In this document: positions 27,776 through 35,085 of the stretch, in pieces
Layout: each line of letters opens with the position of its first letter
Position numbering within the stretch: the first letter of the stretch is position 1
Assembly (NCBI GenBank): GCA_937928475.1
Contig: CALFVE010000080.1
Location: forward strand, 1 to 45,528
DNA length: 45,528 bases
Reading direction: 5' to 3'
Origin: an uncultured bacterium
GTDB taxonomy: Bacteria; Armatimonadota; Zipacnadia; Zipacnadales; Zipacnadaceae
Translations under genes and position numbers: made by a program
The notes under the pieces: model-generated
Database searches by the model: none
Told to the model about the DNA's origin: nothing
Seen by the model: only the letters and a program-made list of their open reading frames with translations

Positions 27776-28009
27776 TCAGAAGATCACGATAGAGCGCCTA
27801 TCGCCGTAACTGCCCCACCGATCGGTGTCCTCCCCCTCGTCCGGGCCTTCTCCTGCGCAGCCTTCCCCCTCGCAGTACTGGCAGACCGGCTCCCCGCAGT
27901 CATCGCAGGTGGCTGCCTCTCCCTCGATGGGCATTCCACAATGGGCGCACACCACCGGCCCCGCGGCACCGCAGCCGCACTCCCACATTCCGGATTCTTC
28001 GCAACACAT
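27776..28009 (-). CDS. Small acidic Cys-rich protein (multiple CxxC, putative zinc ribbon)
   Basis: 77 aa with 13 Cys (CCEESGMWECGCG, CAHCG, CDDCGEPVCQYCEGEGC). GAGGTG lies 9 nt upstream of ATG 28009. 93 nt downstream of the GspE stop on the same strand. Coding status not proven. Confidence 0.45.
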   Translation of the reverse strand: MCCEESGMWECGCGAAGPVVCAHCGMPIEGEAATCDDCGEPVCQYCEGEGCAGEGPDEGEDTDRWGSYGDRRSIVIF

Positions 28010-28102
28010 GGTCTTACGCACCTCGATCAGATTCTCGTCTGTGGGCTTGGGGACGAATCCGGGACCGCTAGAGTTCTATCTGTGCCTCCAACCGACGGCG
28101 CC

Positions 28103-29893
28103 CTACATATTCTCCGGCGCGAAGGTGACGTTGATGACCTCCTGAGCGGTGGTGATGCCCTGGTGGACCTTGGCTAGGCCATCGTAGCGCAAGGGCTTCA
28201 TCCCCGTGCGCAGCGCGATCTGGCGCAGCACAGAAGCGTCCTCGCCCTTGGACAGCGCCCGGCGGATCTCGTCGTTCATCAGCATCAGTTCGTAGAGGGC
28301 GACAAGGCCGCTGTAGCCGGTGTTGCGGCAGTGGACGCAACCCCGGCCCCAGTAGAACTTCATCTTGGCGGCGCTCTCCGGGCTAAGACCCAGGGCGGTG
28401 AGTTCCTGCGGCGTGGGCTGATGGGGAGCCCGGCAGCGGGTGCAGATGCGTCGCACCAGACGCTGGGCGAGCACCCCGGTGAGCGAGGAGGCCACGATGT
28501 AGGGGGGAATTCCCATGTCTACTAGGCGGGTGGCGGCGCTGGGTGCGTCGTTGGTGTGCAGGGTGCTGAGCACCAAGTGCCCGGTCATGGCAGCGCGGAA
28601 GGTCATCTGTGCGGTCTCCAGGTCCCGAATCTCGCCGACTAGGATCACATCGGGGTCCTGGCGCAGGATCTCCCGCAAGGCCGTGGCGAAATCCAAGCCG
28701 ATAACGGGGTGCACCTGCATCTGGTTGAGGCCTTCCACCTCGTACTCGATGGGGTCTTCCACGGTGGTGATATTCTTGGTCTCGTCGTTGATGGTGTGCA
28801 GCGCGGCGTACAGGGTGGTGCTCTTTCCGCTCCCGGTGGGGCCGGTCACCAGGATCAGCCCCTGCGGCAGGCGCAGCAGCCGCTCGAATTGCTCCATAGT
28901 CTCGGGCAAGAAGCCTAGTTGAGTCAGCGAGACGAAGACGCGGCCTTTATCCAACAGGCGCAGAACCGCCTTCTCGCCCCAGAAGGTGGGGATGGTGGAG
29001 ACCCGCAGGTCAATGGGACGGTCCTCGAAGAGGATCTCGAAGCGCCCGCTCTGGGGCTTGCGGTTTTCGGAGATGTCCTCCCCGGCCAAGATCTTCACCC
29101 GGGAGAGGATGTACTGGTGCATGTCCTTTCTCAGGTTGGTCTGCGTCTGGAGCACCCCGTCAATTCGGTAGCGTACTTGTACCCGGTCATGGCGCGGCTC
29201 AATGTGAATATCGGAGGCATTCTGGCGGACGGCCTCGCGCACTAGGCTTTCAACCACGCGGACGATGGGCGCCTGGTCGAGCATCCCCAGCAGTTCGTGG
29301 TCCACCCCCGGGCGCTCGCTGATGTCCACCACCGCGGCGGAGAGGTCTCGGGCCTTCTGGGCCACCGCGGCTTTGGCGCGCGCCGCGGCCGTGTAGTAGT
29401 GCTCGATGGCTTTAGTCAGTTCCGCGGGGTCTACTTGAACCGGCTCGACTCGCCGGCGAGTGTGCAGGCGCACTGCGTCTATCGCCAGCATATTGTTAGG
29501 GTCGGCCATGGCCAGCAGAATGCGCTCGTCGCTGATGCTGATGGGCAGCACCTGGTGCTCCTCGGCCAGGGCACGCGGCAAGGCGCGCACGGCGGCCGGG
29601 TCAATGTCGTAGGAACTGAGCGAGGCCGGGCCGCCGGTGGCGGAAGGGGCTGCCGGCCCTACCTCCGGCAGGCCGGCGCTGACCACGCTCTCCAGTCCGG
29701 CCGGCTCCGAGGCGGCCGATTCCACGGCCTGAGCGATCTCATGGGCGCTCACATAGCCCAGACGCAGCAGGGTCTGTACCAGGTTGGCGCCGGAACGCTG
29801 GGCTTCCTCTCGCGCCTCGTCCAGTTGCACGTCGTTGATCAGCCCCTGACGCAGCAGGCTCTCAGCCACGGCGTTCTCATCAATGGCCGGCAT
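28103..29893 (-). CDS. GspE/PilB-family secretion/type IV pilus assembly ATPase
   Basis: N-terminal T2SSE_N/MshEN-like repeat (LLRQGLINDVQLDEA, LLRLGYVSAHEI), Walker A GPTGSGKST, Asp/His boxes, and the C-terminal tetracysteine CTRC...CVHC. ATG 29893 has GAGGTGA 6 nt upstream. Confidence 0.9.
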   Translation of the reverse strand: MPAIDENAVAESLLRQGLINDVQLDEAREEAQRSGANLVQTLLRLGYVSAHEIAQAVESAASEPAGLESVVSAGLPEVGPAAPSATGGPASLSSYDIDPAAVRALPRALAEEHQVLPISISDERILLAMADPNNMLAIDAVRLHTRRRVEPVQVDPAELTKAIEHYYTAAARAKAAVAQKARDLSAAVVDISERPGVDHELLGMLDQAPIVRVVESLVREAVRQNASDIHIEPRHDRVQVRYRIDGVLQTQTNLRKDMHQYILSRVKILAGEDISENRKPQSGRFEILFEDRPIDLRVSTIPTFWGEKAVLRLLDKGRVFVSLTQLGFLPETMEQFERLLRLPQGLILVTGPTGSGKSTTLYAALHTINDETKNITTVEDPIEYEVEGLNQMQVHPVIGLDFATALREILRQDPDVILVGEIRDLETAQMTFRAAMTGHLVLSTLHTNDAPSAATRLVDMGIPPYIVASSLTGVLAQRLVRRICTRCRAPHQPTPQELTALGLSPESAAKMKFYWGRGCVHCRNTGYSGLVALYELMLMNDEIRRALSKGEDASVLRQIALRTGMKPLRYDGLAKVHQGITTAQEVINVTFAPENM

Positions 29894-30100
29894 GGTACTC
29901 ACCTCGCATCACGCAGACCGGCCTGTCGGCCGCGCTGCGCTTGATCGGCTCCCACCAAACAATCAAGCCTGAAGGCCTCTGCAACGAGTTTCCCTGCCGC
30001 TGGGCAAAACCCTTCCGAAGTCGTCAGGCGGCAGGAGGCCGGCAAGCCAGTGACGAACCAACTACTGCATATCGTAGTAGGAAGGGGAAATCATTCGGCC

Positions 30101-31279
30101 ATGGAGTATCAAGAAAGCATAACGCCAGAGCGCGCGGAGCGGTTCGTCTTCTCCTTGGGTGTGGGGGACCTGGCCACCGAACTGTGCCGCGCCAACACGG
30201 CGCTGGGTTTGGCGAAGATCCACTGGGCGCAAGCGGCGCTGGGCCGGGAGCCGGACGCGCTGTTCCTGGGCGGGCCGGACATGACCGTGACCCGCAATCT
30301 GCCTCGCTGGGAGATGGGCTTCGCCTACGGCGGCAAGTTCGACTGGCGCGGTCCGGGGGAGCCGATGACCGTGCTGCAGGTCAAGCCCAACGTCTGCGGA
30401 ATGCTGGTCGCCGGCCTGGAGGAGCTGCCGCCCCCGGAGATCCTGCGTGAGCGGGTCACGCATCTGCGCCAGAACCCCGGCTGGCTGGACGACATCAAAC
30501 TGGAGTTTGACCTCGACCGGAGCAATCACTTTGTTAACGTTTACTCCTCGCCACCCGATTCCGGTCTGCCACCCTACCTGGCGGTGCTGCACGGCGCGGC
30601 TCCCGAGCTGCGCGAGGACAACCCTTACGGCTGGGGGCTGTACTGGGACCGCAGTCCGGCGCTGTGCCGCGCAGCCCGACATTTCGAGACTCCCTGGGGG
30701 CCCCTGGACGTGCTGGTGGGCGAACCGGCGCAAATCTACTTCCGCACCCACCAGCGGGCGGCGAAGTTCGCTGCTGCGCGTCGTCTCTACTTTGCCCAGC
30801 GGCTATTCGGGCCGGTGACGGTAATATGCAACGATCTGCACCAGGGCCTGATTTCACCGGGGGAGATGTACCTCGGATGCCACCCGGTGAGCGACGAGAC
30901 GGCGATGCTACCTTTCACAGTTCGGCGGGAGTGGCCCGGCTATCTCCTGCGCGGACGCCGGTATCTGGGGAAAGAAACGCTGGCGCGCGCCGGCCTGGCC
31001 GGTCAGGCGCAGGAACTCGGCGTCCAGGAGCGGTTGGAGCAGGCCAGTCTGCTCCCCCACGGTTCGGGGTATGTGGCGGCCGGCCCCGGCGAGGTGGTGC
31101 GCCGGGAAGTGGCCGGTCGCCTGCGAGTATTCCTGCGTCGGGAGGGACGGGAGACCGACAATCCGCGGGAGATGGCTACCGGCTACCGGGGGGAGGAGGT
31201 GCTGGAGCGAACCCTGGCCCTGGGGCTGGCAGAGGTCGCCTACCGGCTGGAGTTTATCGCGACGGTGGTCGCGCCCTGA
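30101..31279 (+). CDS. Hypothetical protein with colinear, partly degenerate RtcB-like motifs
   Basis: 392 aa. KPNVCGM, DRSNHFVNVY, AVLHGAAPE, ICNDLHQG, WPGYLLRG and LLPHGSGYV occur in the same order as E. coli RtcB motifs VDIGCGM, GTGNHFIE, MLHSGSRG, NCHHN, GSMG..FIVRG and CSHGAGR (recalled from memory). The CDS itself is well supported; the family call is tentative. Confidence 0.5.
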   Translation: MEYQESITPERAERFVFSLGVGDLATELCRANTALGLAKIHWAQAALGREPDALFLGGPDMTVTRNLPRWEMGFAYGGKFDWRGPGEPMTVLQVKPNVCGMLVAGLEELPPPEILRERVTHLRQNPGWLDDIKLEFDLDRSNHFVNVYSSPPDSGLPPYLAVLHGAAPELREDNPYGWGLYWDRSPALCRAARHFETPWGPLDVLVGEPAQIYFRTHQRAAKFAAARRLYFAQRLFGPVTVICNDLHQGLISPGEMYLGCHPVSDETAMLPFTVRREWPGYLLRGRRYLGKETLARAGLAGQAQELGVQERLEQASLLPHGSGYVAAGPGEVVRREVAGRLRVFLRREGRETDNPREMATGYRGEEVLERTLALGLAEVAYRLEFIATVVAP

Positions 31280-31306
31280 GTCGGCTGGCGGCGCCGGACG
31301 GCTGGG

Positions 31307-31851
31307 CTAAATATGTCCTCCCCAGTCAAACATCGCCAGCAGCCGGTCCGTCGAACGGGCCAGGAGCGCCTGATAGACCGTCTGCGCCTGGGCGGGGGCA
31401 TGTCGGGCGTACAGCCCCTCCACCACGATGCGACCTTCGGCCAGCCAGCGCAGGGCGCCGCGGTGGTGGTCAGCGTGCTCATGCTCACGCCCATCAGCCG
31501 GGCGCAGACCGCGTGTTCCGGCGCCAGGCCCGCCGGCAGCGGCAGAGCCGCGCTAGCCTCCACCTGCTGCCAGGCAGCGTGCGGGCCCATGCACAAGGCC
31601 ACCTCGCCCGGCGTCAGGGTGGTGACCTGCGGCCCCACCTCCTCCACCCGAAAGACCGCGGCGTAACCGGGGTGTATCGGGAACCCCTGCTTCGCAGTGT
31701 AAGCGTATGCTAGTTCGGTACCGGGGCTGACCAGCGTAACCAGGGTCGGCCCGCTTACCTGGGTGGGACCTAGCGGTGTGCGGGGTGAGTCCACCAGCTC
31801 AGTGCATTCCGGACCCGTCACGGCTAGCTGCGGGAAGGTCGCCTCGCTCAT
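31307..31851 (-). pseudogene. Decayed MDR/zinc-type alcohol dehydrogenase-like gene (Rossmann domain deleted, plus frameshift)
   Basis: The first ~130 codons look like a GroES-like MDR N-domain (LVSPGTEL...HPGYAAVFRVEEVGPQV..LTPGEVALCMGPHA). After about nt 31460 the ORF-track frame turns into R/W/C-rich junk that overlaps the convergent gene. A different frame reads a typical MDR C-terminus, ALRWLAEGRIVVEGLYARHAPAQAQTVYQALLARSTDRLLAMFDWGGHI*, with its stop at 31307-31309. The 545-nt span is not a multiple of 3, and about 150 aa of nucleotide-binding domain is absent. Confidence 0.5.
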
Positions 31852-32666
31852 AGGATCAACCCCTGGGCCGCCGCGACCGCACGCAGGTGCTTAGCAGCCG
31901 CCGGGTACGCCTCCGCCGGGAGATGCTCCAGCATCACCGGCAGGTCGCTGTCCAGCCCGGCCAGGGCCCGCAGGAAGGCCGGGTAGTCCAATCCCCCCTC
32001 ACCAGGCGCCACCTCGCTCAGATGCACGGTGAACTCCTCCCCGAGCCGGATGTCCTTGGCATGGCAACTGCGAATGAGCGGCCCCAGGGTCTCCACAAAG
32101 TGCGTGATGAGCGCGCCGCTGTTGAAGAATCGCGAGGGGCAGTTGATTAGATTGGCGGGGTCGAAGTGCACCGCAAAGGCGGGGCGGTCAATCGCGGCTA
32201 CCAGTCGCTGGTAACTCTCCACCGAGTCGGGGTACATCCACGGCATGGTCTCCAGCGTGTAGAAGGTGCGGGTGGGGCAAACCGCATCAATGATCTCCCG
32301 CACGGTGTCCACGATGAGGGCGAAGGTGTCCTCGGTGAGATCCTCCGCGCACGGCCCGTCCCATTTTTCGCCGTGCGAGCCGGCGATGTTGACGCAGCAA
32401 CGGGCGCCCACCCGGTCGGCGGTGGCCAGACGCTCTTGGCACAGCGTGATGGCCTCCCGTCGCTTCTTCGGGTCAGGGCTCAGCGGATTGCTCCACGCGC
32501 CCACCTCGGCAATGACCAGATCCGCCGCCTGGGCTGCTTGCACGTACGCTTTTTCGTCTGCCTGCGGGACACCCGGCCAGTAGGCGGCCTGGTAGCCCGC
32601 GGCCTGGTGCGCCGCTACCCATTCCTCCGGGGAGGACACATTGAAGACAGGCCCGCCTAGCCGCAC
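31848..32666 (-). CDS. Sugar phosphate isomerase/epimerase (xylose-isomerase-like TIM barrel, AP_endonuc_2 family)
   Basis: 272 aa, typical family layout (CVNIAGSHGE, YTLETMPW, AVHFDPANL, HAKD...GEGGLDY). The stop overlaps the downstream start (ATGA). Confidence 0.85.
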   Translation of the reverse strand: MRLGGPVFNVSSPEEWVAAHQAAGYQAAYWPGVPQADEKAYVQAAQAADLVIAEVGAWSNPLSPDPKKRREAITLCQERLATADRVGARCCVNIAGSHGEKWDGPCAEDLTEDTFALIVDTVREIIDAVCPTRTFYTLETMPWMYPDSVESYQRLVAAIDRPAFAVHFDPANLINCPSRFFNSGALITHFVETLGPLIRSCHAKDIRLGEEFTVHLSEVAPGEGGLDYPAFLRALAGLDSDLPVMLEHLPAEAYPAAAKHLRAVAAAQGLIL

Positions 32667-32693
32667 GAGACACCCCTCCGCTGCCGGTCGTTC

Positions 32694-33500
32694 CTACCCC
32701 TCCAGCCTCCCCTGCCGGAACGCTGTCAGGTAGTTCATGCAATACTCGTCCCGGCAGAGCAGGGCCTCGGTGGCGTAGACCTGCGCCATGATCTGCTGGT
32801 CGAGGGGATCGAGCACCGCCGAGTCCATCCCCGCCTGCATGAAGAGCGTCAACGCCACCCGATTGAGTAGCCGCCGGTTGGGGAGGCCGAAGGAGATGTT
32901 GCTGAGGCCGGAGGTGACGTGCACCCCGGGGTGGTACTGCTTGATCTCCCGAATCGCTGCGCAGATGAGGCCCACCACGTCCGGCTGGGTGCTGACCGGA
33001 GTGACGATGGGGTCCACGAAGATGCGCTCCGGCGGCAGGCCGGCTTCCTCCTGGAGCAGGTCAATCAGCGGCAGAGCGGCCTTCTCGCGGTCGCCGGCGC
33101 GCGTGGGCATGCCGGCGTCGCCCAGCGACAGGGCGATGACGTTGCAGCCGGCCTGGCGCACTAAGGGCAGCATCGCCTCACGGCGCTCGCTCTCCAGGGA
33201 GATGGAGTTGATCATGGGGACGGCTGATCCCTCGTAGGCCCCCAGGGCCGCGGCCATCGCTTTGGGGTTGGGTGTGTCGAAGCACAGAGGTTTGGCGGTA
33301 GCCGCCTGGGCGGTCTTCACCAGCCAGACGATGTCTTCGACCTCCTTGTCGCCGACGGTGCCGGGGTTGACATCAATGAAGGCCGCTCCGGCCTCGCCTT
33401 GCTTCTTCGCCAGCCCGGCGATGTAATTCGCGTCGCGCTCAGCGATCGCCTGCTTGATGCGCTTGCGGGTGCCGTTGATAAGTTCTCCGATGATGATCAT
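32694..33500 (-). CDS. Methyltetrahydrofolate:corrinoid methyltransferase-like pterin-binding protein (AcsE/MtrH/MetH-pterin domain family)
   Basis: MIIIGELINGTRK..., FIDVNPG, CFDTPNP, MINSISLE, VIALSLGD, DPIVTPVST, TSGLSNISFGLPNR: a dihydropteroate-synthase-like TIM barrel, as in MeTr. Confidence 0.85.
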   Translation of the reverse strand: MIIIGELINGTRKRIKQAIAERDANYIAGLAKKQGEAGAAFIDVNPGTVGDKEVEDIVWLVKTAQAATAKPLCFDTPNPKAMAAALGAYEGSAVPMINSISLESERREAMLPLVRQAGCNVIALSLGDAGMPTRAGDREKAALPLIDLLQEEAGLPPERIFVDPIVTPVSTQPDVVGLICAAIREIKQYHPGVHVTSGLSNISFGLPNRRLLNRVALTLFMQAGMDSAVLDPLDQQIMAQVYATEALLCRDEYCMNYLTAFRQGRLEG

Positions 33501-33604
33501 AGGAAGGGTGAGTCCTTTCCGAATTGGAGTGGCAGATGTTCCGCGGGTCGTATCCCGGGGAATATCCGCACGCGTTTGCTACAGGGATGACCGGCGATGG
33601 ACTC

Positions 33605-33649
33605 GGGGGGATATTTTCGGGCGCAGACGCCCGCCAACATCCGCCCCTA
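33605..33649 (-). repeat. Copy 1 of a conserved ~45-nt hairpin element abutting a TAG stop codon
   Basis: Minus strand: TAG-GGGCGGAT-[26 nt]-ATCCCCCC. Same arm sequences, same 26-nt loop length and about 19/26 loop identity with the copy at 44738..44782. Confidence 0.7.
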
Positions 33650-34018
33650 CTCAGAGAGGCCCATCGTCGTATAGTATGCCAGGTTCGCCTGTGTCGCGTC
33701 GAGGCGTCCGAATTGGCAGACGACGTTCAGGTTGGCGCGCACCCGCAGGGCATACTGCACCCCGCGCGGGATCTCCACGCCGCCAATTTCCTCGGGCCGG
33801 TCCATGCGGAAGTTGACCACCCGCTCGGCAGGCACTTCCAGCGGGACGCCCTTGATTGGCGCACGGTCCTTGAAGTAAATGTCGAGTTTGACCTTCGCCG
33901 GCTGCTTGTTGAGGTTGAAGATCATGAGGGACTCGTGCGGTTCCAGTGTGCCCTCACGCGCCGGCGGGGGCAGTTCCCCGTCAGGAAAGTACCAGGTCTT
34001 GGCTCCGCCTTTGGCCAT
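33647..34018 (-). CDS. ASRT (Anabaena sensory rhodopsin transducer) family protein
   Basis: 123 aa. WYFPDGELPPP...HESLMIFNLNKQPAKVKLDIYFKDRAPIKG..LEVPAERV...IPRGVQYALRVRANLNVVCQFGRLDATQ aligns along its whole length with the remembered ASRT/TM1070 pattern (W..EGYIPP..SHE..ILN...DA.V.ITIYY.D.EPVGPY.L.VPARR...IP...VPIVVQ..RLD..Q). Confidence 0.8.
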   Translation of the reverse strand: MAKGGAKTWYFPDGELPPPAREGTLEPHESLMIFNLNKQPAKVKLDIYFKDRAPIKGVPLEVPAERVVNFRMDRPEEIGGVEIPRGVQYALRVRANLNVVCQFGRLDATQANLAYYTTMGLSE

Positions 34019-34935
34019 CAGGACACTCCTTTGATCAGCGCCACCAGCGCCTCATTCAGCGGCGTGGGGAGGCTGGTGGCCTTCCCGCGCCGCACGATTT
34101 CGCCGTTGATCTGCTCGATTTCCGTCGGCCGCCCGGCCAGCACGTCCTGCAGCATGGAGCACTGATTCGCGGCGGTGGCCTGGCAGACCTCCTCCACCGT
34201 CGCCATGGGGTCGAGGTCGCCCAGAGGCAGGCCGGCGGCAAGCGCCACCTGGTGCGCCTCCTGCGCGACCCGCCCCAGCAGGCGGCGCAGAGGCGGGTGC
34301 TGTAAGAGTTCCCCGTTGCGCCGGCCAGTGAGCGCGCCCAGGGGATTGATGGCGGCGTTGATGATGGCCTTGCGCCAGAGAGCGGCGTCCACGTTGTCTG
34401 TGACCTGCGCGGTCAGGCCGGCCCGCCGGAAAACCTCCGCCGCGGCCTCCGCGCGTTCCCAGTTGCCGACCGGGCTGCCCAGGGTAATCGCGCCGATCCC
34501 GGCCACGCGGATTCTGCCTACGCCCAGCAAGGTCGCGCCGCTAGAGGTGACGCCGGCGAGCACCTGCGCCGGCGGGACGTGGCGTTGCAGGATCTCATAG
34601 TTGCCCAGGCCGTTCTGCAGGGTGAGCACAGAGGTGCCTTCGCCGATGACCGGCGCGGCGTGCCGGATGGCGTCCTCCGTGTCATAAGCCTTAGTGAGGA
34701 TGAGCACCAGGTCGGCGGTCTCGACGCTCTCCGGGTAGCCGGTCGCCGGGACCGGGACCGTTCGGGTGCTGCCATCGGGCATCTCCAGTGAGACACCTTC
34801 GCGGGCCAGCGTCGCGGCGCGCTCCTCCTTGTGATCCAGGAGTGTCACCCGCAGGCCGGCCTCCGCCAGGAGCGCGGCATGCAGGCAGCCCATGGCCCCC
34901 GGGCCGACAATGATGAGTTGGGGGTAAGGCCGCAT
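34018..34935 (-). CDS. 2-dehydropantoate 2-reductase (ApbA/PanE) family oxidoreductase
   Basis: Start at ATG 34935 gives MRPYPQLIIVGPGAMGCLHAALLAEAGLRVTLLD (Rossmann GxGxxG). ApbA_C-like C-terminus with SMLQDVLAGRPTEIE. The stop overlaps the ASRT start by 1 nt (TGATG). Confidence 0.85.
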   Translation of the reverse strand: MRPYPQLIIVGPGAMGCLHAALLAEAGLRVTLLDHKEERAATLAREGVSLEMPDGSTRTVPVPATGYPESVETADLVLILTKAYDTEDAIRHAAPVIGEGTSVLTLQNGLGNYEILQRHVPPAQVLAGVTSSGATLLGVGRIRVAGIGAITLGSPVGNWERAEAAAEVFRRAGLTAQVTDNVDAALWRKAIINAAINPLGALTGRRNGELLQHPPLRRLLGRVAQEAHQVALAAGLPLGDLDPMATVEEVCQATAANQCSMLQDVLAGRPTEIEQINGEIVRRGKATSLPTPLNEALVALIKGVS

Positions 34936-34975
34936 AGGTGGTGAGTTGGTGACTAGTAGTTGGTAGTTGGTGGAC
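34936..34975 (-). repeat. Degenerate heptamer tandem repeat in the PanE-like 5' leader
   Basis: Plus strand: AGTTGGT at 34944-50, 34958-64 and 34965-71, plus variant AGGTGGT at 34936-42. Minus strand: ACCAACT units directly upstream of the ATG. Confidence 0.6.
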
Positions 34976-35037
34976 AGTCTGCCACCGGCCACGTGTCGTC
35001 CCAATCTAGCGCTGGCTGCTGCCGCGCCGTCGTCCAG

Positions 35038-35085
35038 CCGTTGTTCAGCCGCCGTTCGGCTGCCGTTCAGCTTCCGTTCGGCTCC
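35038..35085 (-). repeat. Four tandem ~12-nt units spanning the stop codon of the HPS/RraA gene
   Basis: Plus strand: CCGTTGTTCAGC / CGCCGTTCGGCT / GCCGTTCAGCTT / CCGTTCGGCTCC (core CCGTTC[A/G]GC). Confidence 0.6.

Noticed and set aside
34960-35069. The reading frame stays open for ~35 codons after the TGA of the HPS/RraA gene, raising the possibility of readthrough or selenocysteine.
   Set aside because: The downstream frame runs through tandem repeats and encodes low-complexity sequence. No SECIS-like hairpin directly follows the TGA. An open frame of this length is unremarkable in GC-rich DNA.
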